Positions 18,336 through 29,758 of a DNA stretch of 33,514 bases are shown piece after piece (the stretch's first letter is position 1; every line of letters begins with the position of its first letter). The notes under the pieces were generated by a model, which was not told the DNA's origin, searched no databases, and saw only the letters and a list, made by a program, of their open reading frames with translations. Position numbers and translations under genes: made by a program. Source of the stretch: an uncultured Verrucomicrobiales bacterium (GTDB lineage Bacteria; Verrucomicrobiota; Verrucomicrobiia; Verrucomicrobiales; DEV007); the NCBI GenBank assembly GCA_938091905.1, contig CALKOM010000159.1, positions 1-33,514 of the forward strand. The letters run 5' to 3'.

Positions 18336-20129
18336 TCACTTTGGAAAGTTGCCCCAGTTCGAGGCATGGATGCCATCGATGTGGACGAAGGCGTCTCCAG
18401 TGGGGCCTTTGAGCCATTCTAGATCGACGACCGCTTTGGAGTAATCTTGGTTCAAGGTGTTGAGTAGCCGCATGCCGGCCCAGGAATCTTTCCGCACATA
18501 GGCTGCCTTGGTCCTGATATGTTTGGCCAAGAGATCACGAACCTCCAACTTCACATAGTCACCATCATCAGGGAGCGCGAAGGTATTTTCGAAATCTGAT
18601 AGCCGAACTTCCGCATAGAATCGATTTCTGGTGGCTTCAGGTGTTTCTAAGAACTCCGTCAGTGTAGCTTTCCAGCTTTGATAGAGCTGGAGGGCATGGA
18701 TCTTGGGAGGGCCTTGTTCTTGTTCTTCGCCGATGAGGAATGTGATGCGTGGGTCGCCAAAGTTATCGATGCCGCGCGAAACATGCGTGGTGAAGATGAA
18801 ACGTTCTGTTTTTGGAATGCGTGCAAAGTCGATCAGCTTGATCGCTGCTTCTTGGTATTCTTCACGGGGGAACAATTTTAAGAATGATAGAGCCTCGCTA
18901 TTCTCGGGCAGGTGATCGAGAGCAAGATGGACTACCGCCTCTTCCCATGTGTCGGATTCAAAGAAGGCCCGAAATGTCGTATCGATGGCAGTGTAGGCGT
19001 CCTTAGCCTTGCCGCTTAATTCTACTTCTGTTCGTTCTACGCTGTCAGCAAGGGTGTCGTTTCCAGTGTTAGTTGAGGAAGATTTCGCTTCCCTGAAACG
19101 AAGATCCTCTGCACGCACGATGTCAAAGTGGAGTGCTACAAAGAATCCAGCCAGGAGTGGGATGAGGATTCCAAACATGACGGGAAGCCAACGGAAGAGC
19201 CCAGATTCACCTTCCTCAGACGGAAATGCTGAAGTCGTTTTTCGCTGACGGGAGCCACTTTTCTCGTTCGGAAATTGGCTACGTCGCATTTTGCCAGCTG
19301 ATTCCTGGCCACGTGCGTCAAGTTCGCCAGCGGCATGACCTACGTAAAACTCGGGAGGGAGCTGGCGTTTGCGCTTACGCCTTTTGACGCGTCGGCGTTC
19401 GCTTTGGGGAGGGGGCTGGTCGAGGTTGGGCTCTTCAAGATTATCCAGCTTCGGGAAATTCATCTCAGGCTCAAAACTCTCCGTAGTCTTGTTTAGTTCG
19501 GAGACTGGTCTGCTCGATACCGAAGGAGATTCCGGCCCGGTGGCCGATGGGCTTGGAGGCCGTCGACGAGACGGAGGTGCCGAAGTTTCTGCGGCTATTT
19601 CGCGAGTCGGGGCTGGTGCAGGAGTTTGAGGTGGTGGCGCTACGGGTGGCGACTGATTGCCCGAGAGATCGATCCAGGTCTGGCAGCGCGGGCAGGGACC
19701 ACCGGGCAGATGGGCCATGCTGGGATCAATGGCAAGTTCGCAACCGCAGGCCTGACAGAGCACATGGCGGGGTTCCGATGCCAAGACGGGCTGAGGGGGA
19801 GAAGGTGCGGGCGCCGCGACTGGTAGCCCTGAGATAGCGTCCCGTGCGGGAGCAGGCGCAACCGGGAGCCGAGGCGCAACCGGGGGAGGAGGCGGCGATG
19901 GTGGAGAAGGTGGCTGGGCCTGGAGCACCCGGGCAGGAAGCTGGCTCGCTGGAATAGGTGCAGCGATGCCAACATGGCAGTGAAGACACGGGCCCTCAAC
20001 ACCTGCGAGAGTCCCAGGGATGCTCAATTCCTGCTGACAAGCGGGGCAGCCAAACCGAAGAACGTCTGGGAAGACAGGCGCGGCCCCAGGGGGCTGATCA
20101 GAGTGGCTCATCGAAAGGTTGGCTCCCAT
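18336..20129 (-). CDS. Single-pass membrane protein with two N-terminal Cys4 zinc ribbons, Pro-rich linkers and a C-terminal domain of unknown function
   Basis: CPAC-x16-CLHC and CQAC...CPRC, Pro-rich spacers, the basic patch RRRVKRRKRKR and a TM helix WLPVMFGILIPLLAGFFVALHF. Confidence 0.85.
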   Translation of the reverse strand: MGANLSMSHSDQPPGAAPVFPDVLRFGCPACQQELSIPGTLAGVEGPCLHCHVGIAAPIPASQLPARVLQAQPPSPPSPPPPPVAPRLPVAPAPARDAISGLPVAAPAPSPPQPVLASEPRHVLCQACGCELAIDPSMAHLPGGPCPRCQTWIDLSGNQSPPVAPPPQTPAPAPTREIAAETSAPPSRRRPPSPSATGPESPSVSSRPVSELNKTTESFEPEMNFPKLDNLEEPNLDQPPPQSERRRVKRRKRKRQLPPEFYVGHAAGELDARGQESAGKMRRSQFPNEKSGSRQRKTTSAFPSEEGESGLFRWLPVMFGILIPLLAGFFVALHFDIVRAEDLRFREAKSSSTNTGNDTLADSVERTEVELSGKAKDAYTAIDTTFRAFFESDTWEEAVVHLALDHLPENSEALSFLKLFPREEYQEAAIKLIDFARIPKTERFIFTTHVSRGIDNFGDPRITFLIGEEQEQGPPKIHALQLYQSWKATLTEFLETPEATRNRFYAEVRLSDFENTFALPDDGDYVKLEVRDLLAKHIRTKAAYVRKDSWAGMRLLNTLNQDYSKAVVDLEWLKGPTGDAFVHIDGIHASNWGNFPK

Positions 20130-20391
20130 TCAATATCAAGAATTGATAAGTTTCTTAGTGTTTCCATGGAAACCATCATGATTCAAACAAACAGATAAGA
20201 AATCTCTGCAATTTCGCTATGAAACATCTGAGAAAAACACTGGTTTAGCCGAGAAATGTCCTTGCCGTGGCTTTCTACCACAGGTGATAGTCATGTTGGA
20301 TATGTGGATACCATAAGTTATCCTTCTGTCCCATCATACCTGCCTCTCAAGAGGCACTATAAACCGCAATAAATACCTAAAACACAAAAGC

Positions 20392-21069
20392 ATGATAACC
20401 AGACTCAGAAAGGATCGAGGCTTCACCTTGATCGAACTGTTGGTGGTGATCACGATTATCGCGATTCTCGCGACGGTCGCGACACCAATGATCGGCAAAG
20501 CACGTCTCACCGCACGCGTGATTCCTGCCACCAAGAACGTCCAAAGTATTCTCACTTACATGGCCCTCTATTCGGGTGATTACGGTGGGCTCTATCCAGA
20601 AGGCACGGGCAGCTCGAACGAAGCTCTCCGCGAACTCTTCCCCGACACTTGTGACGTCGAGAAGATCTTCTACCTGCAGAGTGATCGGATGTTCTGTAAT
20701 CCTAAACAAGCTCCCGATGAGGAGTTTGAAGATGGCGACAACGCTCTCGAAGCTGGTGAGAATCACTGGGCCTACGTCAGTGGTTTGACTGATTCTAACA
20801 AAGGTGCGACTCCTGTGCTTGCTGACGGCTTCACCACCGGTGAGATCGGTCAATATGAGGACAAGAGCCACGTTTGGACGAAGTTGAACAAAGCTATCGT
20901 TGGTTTCCTCGACGGCTCTGCCAGCGCGATCAAGCTCACCAGGGATGGCACCATTCCTGCACCCAATGGGGATCCCAACATCTTCAAGATTGATGACATC
21001 GTTGAAGACGAGAACATCGAAGTTCTCAACCCTCTGAAGCGCCGCCGCGCGGCCACTTCTGACGAGTAG
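20392..21069 (+). CDS. Type IV pilin / type II secretion pseudopilin-like protein (prepilin N-terminal cleavage/methylation domain)
   Basis: Class III signal RKDRG|FTLIELLVVITIIAILA with Glu5. The C-terminal H...IVGFLDGSA motif is typical of PVC pilin-like proteins. Confidence 0.93.
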   Translation: MITRLRKDRGFTLIELLVVITIIAILATVATPMIGKARLTARVIPATKNVQSILTYMALYSGDYGGLYPEGTGSSNEALRELFPDTCDVEKIFYLQSDRMFCNPKQAPDEEFEDGDNALEAGENHWAYVSGLTDSNKGATPVLADGFTTGEIGQYEDKSHVWTKLNKAIVGFLDGSASAIKLTRDGTIPAPNGDPNIFKIDDIVEDENIEVLNPLKRRRAATSDE

Positions 21070-21105
21070 TCCTACTCTATTTAGTCGGTAAGACTATCAT
21101 TCACG

Positions 21106-21145
21106 AGAAGCCGAGGTGGTCATCCGCCTCGGCTTCTTTCGTTTC
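21106..21145 (+). terminator. Rho-independent terminator after the pilin gene
   Basis: AGAAGCCGAGGTGG-[TCAT]-CCGCCTCGGCTTCT (one G-U pair), followed by a T-rich tail. Confidence 0.85.
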
Positions 21146-21187
21146 TGAGCCTCGACAGGCGGTTGCGCCTGCACCTACACTTCCCGC

Positions 21188-22393
21188 ATGAACAAGGTGA
21201 CTCTCCCTCTATTCCTCACGCCGCTTCTGGTGCCTCTCGGCTTCCTGGGTTGGACAGCCATTGCTGCTGATAACAAACCTAGCTTGTCTTTCCGTGTTCA
21301 GGCCTTACACAAAGACAACAACGAAGGCTGCGCCGTCGGTGATCTCAACAACGACGGCAAGACTGACATTGTTGCTGGTGAGAACTGGTATGCCGGGCCT
21401 GAATTCACCGAGAAACGGCGTCTGCGCAAACTCCTTCCCTTTGGCAAAGACTATCTCCAGAACAACGGCGACCACGTATATGACGTCAATGGTGATGGTT
21501 GGCTCGATGTCGTGGCGGGCGAGTTCACTACGACCCAAGTCTTCTGGTATGAGAACCCCGGCGAAGCTGGATTAACCAAGTCCGCGCTCTGGGAAATCCA
21601 TCCATTCGTGGACACTCAAACGAATCAGAACGAAATGACTTTCCTCCACGACATTGATGGTGATGGCAACGCGGAGTATATAGAGAACAGCTGGAATGAT
21701 AAGAATCCACTCCTCATCTGGCGTTTTACGAAAGACGGCTCCGGAAAAACCAGCCTAACCAAACACATTGTAAGTGAACGTGGCAACGGTCACGGCATGG
21801 GCTTCGGAGACATCAATGGTGACGGCAAACAGGATATCGTTTTCAAACATGGCTGGTATGAGTGTCCCAACGACGGACCGTTTTCAGGCCCTTGGTATTA
21901 TCACGCTGACTTTGTGCTGCCCCATGCCAGTTGTCCAATCTTCGTTCTCGATATCAATGCGGACGGGCGCAACGACCTCATCTGGGCTGACGGGCACAAT
22001 TACGGACTTTACTGGGAAGAGCAGCGCGACCCGAACAAAGACGGGAGCACCAATTGGAAACAGCACGTGATCGACAAGTCCTTCGCTCAAGGCCACGCGC
22101 TGGCTTGGGACGATATCGACAATGATGGTGCACCCGAACTCATCACGGGCAAACGCTACTTCGCTCACTCTGGCCGTGATCCCGGTGCCAAAGATCCTAT
22201 CACGGTTCACTACTACGACATCAATTTTACCAATCAGACGTTTGCCAAGAAGATGATTTCCAAGGGCAAGCCAAACGAAGGTCCAGGAACTGGATTGCAG
22301 ATCCGAGTTGCCGATCTCGACGGCAATGGTTGGAAAGACGTCATTGTGGCTGGTAAGTCGGGTACAAGCGTCTTGTGGAACGACGGTCTGTAG
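21188..22393 (+). CDS. FG-GAP/VCBS repeat beta-propeller protein, secreted
   Basis: Signal peptide followed by seven DxNxDGxxD-type motifs (DLNNDGKTD, DVNGDGWLD, DIDGDGNAE, DINGDGKQD, DINADGRND, DIDNDGAPE, DLDGNGWKD). Confidence 0.92.
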   Translation: MNKVTLPLFLTPLLVPLGFLGWTAIAADNKPSLSFRVQALHKDNNEGCAVGDLNNDGKTDIVAGENWYAGPEFTEKRRLRKLLPFGKDYLQNNGDHVYDVNGDGWLDVVAGEFTTTQVFWYENPGEAGLTKSALWEIHPFVDTQTNQNEMTFLHDIDGDGNAEYIENSWNDKNPLLIWRFTKDGSGKTSLTKHIVSERGNGHGMGFGDINGDGKQDIVFKHGWYECPNDGPFSGPWYYHADFVLPHASCPIFVLDINADGRNDLIWADGHNYGLYWEEQRDPNKDGSTNWKQHVIDKSFAQGHALAWDDIDNDGAPELITGKRYFAHSGRDPGAKDPITVHYYDINFTNQTFAKKMISKGKPNEGPGTGLQIRVADLDGNGWKDVIVAGKSGTSVLWNDGL

Positions 22394-22409
22394 TTGCCAC
22401 ATTTCGATC

Positions 22410-22883
22410 ATGGCCTCCGAGAAATAGCTAGCAGTCCTCCTCTTTACCGACATCGTCGGCACGGAGGCCTAAACGCGGTAAATCGCGGGGCACGATAGCA
22501 TCTTTAAGCACTGTCTGAGCTATGTGCAGGGGGCGAGCATCCTGAACGAGACGGGTGATGGCTTTTTCGTGAAGTTCGGCACGGCGAGTGACGCTGTGGA
22601 GACGGCTTTGCGATTGCAATGTCTCCTTCGTGAGGAGGTTTGTGAGGGTGAGCTCATGGTGCTGCGTATTGGGTTGCACATAGGGGAAGTGTCCGAGATG
22701 GAAGAACAGATTACCGGCGACACGCGGGCGGTGGGCATGGCGATCAACCTTTGTGCGCGCATCATGGATCTGGCGGAGGATGGCCAGATCCTTTTAACGC
22801 GGGGTGTCTTCGACGCGCCGGCAATGGCAGAATACCAGGAGGCTCTCAGTTTCTACCAAGGACTTCGTTCGCAAGCGAAATGA
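22410..22883 (+). pseudogene. Class III adenylate/guanylate cyclase domain pseudogene
   Basis: ATG 22410 is in frame with 22524..22883 and reads MASEK*LAVLLFTDIVGTEA*TR*IAGHD...NETGDGFF...LRIGLHIGEV...AINLCARIMDLA..GQILLT. There are three stops, a short deletion after DIVG and an abrupt end. Confidence 0.85.
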
Positions 22884-23074
22884 GACCAAGGACAGCCTAA
22901 GTGATTGAATAAGGATCTAGAGCAGAATTGTTGGGCCACTCTGATTGAAGCGACTACGAGATCTTGCCTTGCGAGCGAAGGGCCTCGAGGTCGCCAACTT
23001 CTCCACAGGGCTTCGCTGGCTGGTGAATGATCACGCCTGTTGCAGCCAAAGAAATAGCTGTAAAGTGAGGATGG

Positions 23075-24097
23075 ATGACGCTTCGCTTCCTTATGTGTCT
23101 CACCTCGATCCTGGTTCTGGGAAATGCGCTTGCTCTGACTGAAGAGCAGCGAGCCGAGGGGAGAGCCTTATTGGCGAGCTACACTGCCGAGGAAGATTCG
23201 GCGAAGCGTTTGGATCTTCTTAGAGAGCTTCTTGAGCTTGATTCTGCCATTGGCGATGTGATGTGGAAACGTGTTTCAGTCGAGTGGAAGACAGCCTGGT
23301 CGGAGTATCAGAAGCAGTTTGCCGCCGCAAGCCAGGCTCTTAGGAAGGCGAAAAATAGCGCAGGCAGTCGTCGGCGAGCAAAGCAACTCGTGAAGCAGAT
23401 ACGCGCCTTGTCTGGGCGGGGGCAACCGACGAAAGAATCGATCAGAACGAGGGGTGATCCTGCGTTGAAGGAACTTCGGAGATTAAATCGTGTTGATTTT
23501 GAAGAGGTGATGAAGTCTTCGTTCGGCCTCTCTGATTTGCGTGGGAAGATTCACCAACTCGCTGAAGAGTACAACATGTGCATTGATGAACTCGGGCTCA
23601 TTGATGAAACAACATTTGACGTGAAGCAGACGATCGAAGGCTTCGAGAGGGCTTCGGCGGCAGAGGCGCTGCCCAGTGGGAACGAGTTGCGACGAGTGAA
23701 TCGGCAGAACGCAAAACATGTGGGAGAAGTGCCGGCAGAAGCCTTGGAGGGGATTCGAGATCTAAATGAGCTACGTTCCTTGTTAGGCCTAAGAATACTT
23801 TTAGTCGATCCCAAGCTTTGTTTGGCCTGTGCGGGGCATTCCAAAGACATGGAGACCTATGGGTTTTTCGCCCACCAATCGCCGGTAAGTGGCAAAGAGA
23901 CGATGAAGAAGCGGGCTGCGAAGGCCGGGACGACCGCTTCAAGCGAGAACATTGCGGCTGGCAGACGGACGCCTCAATCTGCAAACGAGGGATGGTGGCG
24001 TAGTCCTGCCCACCATGTGATCATGCTCGATCCTGCGAACAAGCGAGTTGGTCTCGGACACCACGGTGGATTCTGGACGCAAATGTTCGGCCGATAG
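23075..24097 (+). CDS. Secreted CAP (SCP/PR-1) domain protein with a helical N-terminal region
   Basis: Signal peptide. The C-terminal part has LNELR..LGL..L..DPKL...GHSKDM...FFAHQSP...ENIAAG...WWRSPAH...WTQMFG. Confidence 0.92.
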   Translation: MTLRFLMCLTSILVLGNALALTEEQRAEGRALLASYTAEEDSAKRLDLLRELLELDSAIGDVMWKRVSVEWKTAWSEYQKQFAAASQALRKAKNSAGSRRRAKQLVKQIRALSGRGQPTKESIRTRGDPALKELRRLNRVDFEEVMKSSFGLSDLRGKIHQLAEEYNMCIDELGLIDETTFDVKQTIEGFERASAAEALPSGNELRRVNRQNAKHVGEVPAEALEGIRDLNELRSLLGLRILLVDPKLCLACAGHSKDMETYGFFAHQSPVSGKETMKKRAAKAGTTASSENIAAGRRTPQSANEGWWRSPAHHVIMLDPANKRVGLGHHGGFWTQMFGR

Positions 24098-24181
24098 TGG
24101 GTTAGTGGATCGCTGTCGTATGATGATGAAACCGCTGAGAAGAGTCCTCGCTTTTCTCATGTTTTGTGAGGCAATGAAAGG

Positions 24182-24715
24182 ATGGAAGAAGAGGGAAGTG
24201 CAGAGGCATTCGAGTATCTTGGCCGCTACCAGATCAATGAGGCGAAGCGGCTTTTCAATGCGTTGGAGAAAGCTGAGATCGATTTTGAAGCCGCGTTTGA
24301 TGATGGTTCTGGGAGCCGGAGTAGCTTGGGGAGTTTTGGCACTGAGTCTAGCGTGGAAGTCGCGGTGGAAAGTGCGAAACGAAATGAAGTGAACGCGATC
24401 CACACAAAGCTGTTCGGATCAGCTCTGCCTACCAAGCCAACCGACCATGCTGAGGCGGAGAAATGGTTTGATCAGGAGACGTTAGGGGAGCTGGAGAAAC
24501 GAGAGCGTCTTGCGCAAGCGTTGGGGGATGTTGACGCCGAGTTGCAGGCGTTGATTGCCGAAATGTTGGCTTTGAAAGAGGAGATTGAACGGGGCGCCCT
24601 TTCTGTCAGAAAGCTACAAGAGATGGAAGATGGCCAAGACCGGAACCGTGCCAGAGCGACTGGATTACTAGCACGAAAGAATGAGATGGCAGCTTTGTTA
24701 GAAGCCTTGGATTGA
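24182..24715 (+). CDS. Hypothetical protein with a small alpha/beta N-terminal domain (DUF2007-like) and a C-terminal coiled coil
   Basis: 177 aa ORF filling the gap, with a heptad-rich C-terminal half. The domain resemblance is by eye only. Confidence 0.7.
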   Translation: MEEEGSAEAFEYLGRYQINEAKRLFNALEKAEIDFEAAFDDGSGSRSSLGSFGTESSVEVAVESAKRNEVNAIHTKLFGSALPTKPTDHAEAEKWFDQETLGELEKRERLAQALGDVDAELQALIAEMLALKEEIERGALSVRKLQEMEDGQDRNRARATGLLARKNEMAALLEALD

Positions 24716-24758
24716 TCTAAAAATGGTCGGCCATGGTTAGACACTCCAATTTGACCAT

Positions 24759-24796
24759 AAGAAGGGGCCAATGCTCACTTTGTGAACATTGGCCCC
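24759..24796 (-). terminator. Terminator downstream of thiC (possibly bidirectional)
   Basis: Minus strand GGGGCCAATGTTCAC-[AAA]-GTGAGCATTGGCCCC followed by TTCTT. It lies between convergent genes. Confidence 0.8.
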
Positions 24797-24826
24797 GCTA
24801 AAATTAGGTCCTGCGGAGCTTTTCCG

Positions 24827-26782
<1,956 letters not shown>

Positions 26783-26823
26783 TCAGGAAAAGCGAGTTGA
26801 CAAGACAGGCAAGCAGAACGCTC

Positions 26824-26917
26824 AGACTTCCTTCGGCGGGTCTAACCGCATCAGGTTCTAAGGGTTTCCTCGCCGATCAGCGAAGATCTCAGCCGAATCG
26901 CTCCAGCTCCCCCGTCT
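26824..26917 (-). ncRNA. TPP riboswitch (THI element)
   Basis: Minus strand AGAC-GGGGGAGC...GCTGAGA...ACCCTTAGAACCTGATGCGGTTAGACCCGCCGAAGGAA-GTCT. It has the conserved CTGAGA, ACCTGAT and GAAGG motifs and lies directly upstream of thiC. Confidence 0.95.
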
Positions 26918-26927
26918 TGGTGGTATT

Positions 26928-26955
26928 ATCGTAGAGGGTGCGCAGGGGGTGTCAA
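26928..26955 (-). promoter_or_regulatory. Putative sigma70 promoter of thiC
   Basis: TTGACA, 16 nt, TACGAT, ending about 10 nt before the riboswitch P1. Confidence 0.7.
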
Positions 26956-26979
26956 TGGGAAGCGGGGCCAGGGGGACGT

Positions 26980-29745
26980 TTAAGAAGCTTTCTCGGCTGG
27001 AACGGGCAGTTCAAGGACTCTCTGCAGGTCCCGCTTGAGGGCGGCTAGTTTCTCTTCGTCCTCGATCTTCTCGCCAGCGGCATTCGTGACGAAGATACTG
27101 TCGATGGCTGCACCTTTCTCCGTGATGATCCGGGAGTGGGTGATCTGGAGGCCGTGATCGGCGATCACCATGAAGCAGTCGTAGAGGAGACCCAATCGGT
27201 CCAGTGCTTGGATTTCGATGACAGTCTCATCGGCTGCAGCCCGATTATTGATAAAGACGCGCTGGGGAAAGACGGCGGCAGCCTCATGGTCGATCGGGTT
27301 CTCGAGGCGCGTTTTCTCGATGAGATCACTGAAATCGTAGTGTTTCTTGGCCATCGCCGTTTCCATGAGCGTCTTCACACTCTTGCGCACACTTGTGTTC
27401 GTCACGGCTTCTAGGTTGAGGGTGCACACGCGAAAGATGTCTAGAACAATGCCATCCTTGCGGCGGAAGAAATCAGCACTGAGAATATTCAACTCTTTTG
27501 CTGACAACACGCCGGCGATGCAAGCCAGCAGTTGCTCACAATCATAGGAACAGACGATGAATTGGCTGTAGTTGGCCTCGGGATGATCTATCCAGCGGAA
27601 GACTGGCCGATCTAGTTTTACGGTGGGATCTTTCCTGTCGGTTTGATAGAACTTGCGGATCAGACGAATGTCCCGGCTCGTACTTTGGGCGCTGCGAAAG
27701 AAGAAATAGCGCTTTGGCATCCCATCGAAATGGGTCTCTACTTCGTCTTCATAGCCCTCTTTCAGGTGCTTGAGCACTTCCGCTTTGAAATCCGGAGTAG
27801 AGCCTTCCAGAGCACCTTGATCACTCCAGTAAGCAAGCGTTGCATGATAGAGTTGCTTCATGAGCATCTCTTTCCAATCAGTCCAACCCTCTTCATTGGT
27901 GCCCTTCGAATCAGCGTAGGTGAAGAGTAGGAGAAGATCCAGGTGTCGCTTGTCACGCATCTGCGTGGCAAAGGCGATCACAGTGTCAGGATCATCGATC
28001 GGCATGGTGGTAGCTGTTTTCCAGAACGTCAGATGGTGATCGACCAGAAAGAGCATGAGATCACGACGGTGACCTTTCACCTGCAATCGTCTGCAGACAC
28101 GCTCAGCCATCGTCGTGCTGGCATCACTGTGAAAGCGGACATTCTCCGCGCGCCCGGTGTCATGAAGAATAAAGGCGAGGTAAAGGATGTAGGGATCTTC
28201 GACCTTGCGGAAGAGATCGCGGAAGAAAGCAACTTTAGGCTCTTGCGTGTCAGCTAGTTTATCTAGCTGACGGATGCATTGCAGGGTGTGGTGGTCAGCG
28301 GTGTAGCGATGGAAGAACTCGTGCTGCACCAGGCAATCCAATGCACCAAATTCCGGCAGATACTTGCCTAGCATCCCCACGCGATGCATGTCTTTGAGCA
28401 CGCGGGCAACATTTCCCCGCCGAGAAAGAATCGCTTCGAAGATGGTACGGACTTTCTTGTTGTATCGAAACTCACGATTGAGAAGGTGGTCACTCGCGCT
28501 GATGCGCTCCATAATTTCGGGGCTCAATCGAAGGTGACGCTGCTGAAGATGCTGGAACACCCGCATGAGTCGATAGGGTTCCTCCTCAAAGATATCGTCA
28601 CTTGCTGGATAGATTCGTTGATTCCAGCTGTAGAAATTGCCAAAAAACTCCCGTTTTTTGCGCCGTCGTGCAAGAAGGCTGATGACGCCGCTCTCACCCT
28701 CCTCTTCGTGGGCGAGGTGAAGCTTCTCCAGCAATTTCCATGTGCAGCGGTATAAGCTCCGCGTCGCGTGATAATACTCGCGCATGAAGGTCTCGATTCT
28801 TCGGAGGATGTTGCGACTTGGATACTTAAAGTTGGTTGCAACGACCCCTTGCTGCTGTAGTGTCAGGATGTCGTTGTTTCTTCCTGCCTGGTAATGAAGT
28901 TCATTGCGCACTCGATGGAGGAAATCATAGGCGCGTTCGATTTCTTCTAACTCCTCCTTCGTAAGTACCCGTTTTTTGACGAGGATGTCGAGGCTCGTAG
29001 AACCACAGTGAACAAAGCTGATCCAAATTAGGTTGTGATAGTCTCTCAGGCCGCCACATCCGTTCTTCACATTAGGCTCTTGTACGAAGACTGTGTCATA
29101 CTGATCCCGCCGCTCACGCATGTCGCGCCGCCGCGTCGTGAGGTAGTCGTGTTCCTTTCCCGTGATGCAATGCTGTTTGAACTCCCGCTGCACGCGTTCG
29201 AAGAGATCCTTATCACCAGCGATCATGCGTGCTTCAATCAGCGAAGACTTGGTGCGCACGTCGGCATTGGCTTGAATGATGGTATCTTTGACCGAGCGTA
29301 CTGCATGCCCGACTTTGAATCCCACGTCCCACAGCATGTAGAGAATCTGTTCGATGATCTCGTGGGCTTCGGGACTGGGCTCGCGTTTCGAAGGATAGAG
29401 AAACTGAATATCAATGTCAGAGCTGGGATTGAGTAGCTGGCGCCCATATCCGCCAGTGGCCACCATTGTGACAGGAGCAGTCGCCTCCCCCATGGCCTCC
29501 CCCAAGTTCTTGATCAGAGCCTGCTGAAAAAGGCTTTCTAACACTACGTCCAAGAGATTCGAGCGTCTCCTCGCGACTTCAAGGCCGGTAGCTCCGGCGT
29601 GATGACGCAAATGAATGCGCTCATTCTCGAGGCGAAGAAATTGCTTGTAGAGAGCGAGCAGATCTTCCCGGCTCTTCGCCTCTAGGCCGGCAGCGTCAAC
29701 TAACCGTTGCCGAGCTTCTTCCTTTGCGTCATCGAGCTCGGCCAT
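26980..29745 (-). CDS. glnD: [Protein-PII] uridylyltransferase / uridylyl-removing enzyme
   Basis: Nucleotidyltransferase motif ATGGYGR..L.P.SDID, EPNVK...GGLRD, HD domain (FHRYTADHHT...LHDTG) and two C-terminal ACT domains. Confidence 0.98.
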   Translation of the reverse strand: MAELDDAKEEARQRLVDAAGLEAKSREDLLALYKQFLRLENERIHLRHHAGATGLEVARRRSNLLDVVLESLFQQALIKNLGEAMGEATAPVTMVATGGYGRQLLNPSSDIDIQFLYPSKREPSPEAHEIIEQILYMLWDVGFKVGHAVRSVKDTIIQANADVRTKSSLIEARMIAGDKDLFERVQREFKQHCITGKEHDYLTTRRRDMRERRDQYDTVFVQEPNVKNGCGGLRDYHNLIWISFVHCGSTSLDILVKKRVLTKEELEEIERAYDFLHRVRNELHYQAGRNNDILTLQQQGVVATNFKYPSRNILRRIETFMREYYHATRSLYRCTWKLLEKLHLAHEEEGESGVISLLARRRKKREFFGNFYSWNQRIYPASDDIFEEEPYRLMRVFQHLQQRHLRLSPEIMERISASDHLLNREFRYNKKVRTIFEAILSRRGNVARVLKDMHRVGMLGKYLPEFGALDCLVQHEFFHRYTADHHTLQCIRQLDKLADTQEPKVAFFRDLFRKVEDPYILYLAFILHDTGRAENVRFHSDASTTMAERVCRRLQVKGHRRDLMLFLVDHHLTFWKTATTMPIDDPDTVIAFATQMRDKRHLDLLLLFTYADSKGTNEEGWTDWKEMLMKQLYHATLAYWSDQGALEGSTPDFKAEVLKHLKEGYEDEVETHFDGMPKRYFFFRSAQSTSRDIRLIRKFYQTDRKDPTVKLDRPVFRWIDHPEANYSQFIVCSYDCEQLLACIAGVLSAKELNILSADFFRRKDGIVLDIFRVCTLNLEAVTNTSVRKSVKTLMETAMAKKHYDFSDLIEKTRLENPIDHEAAAVFPQRVFINNRAAADETVIEIQALDRLGLLYDCFMVIADHGLQITHSRIITEKGAAIDSIFVTNAAGEKIEDEEKLAALKRDLQRVLELPVPAEKAS

Positions 29746-29758
29746 GGAACCAGTATTG

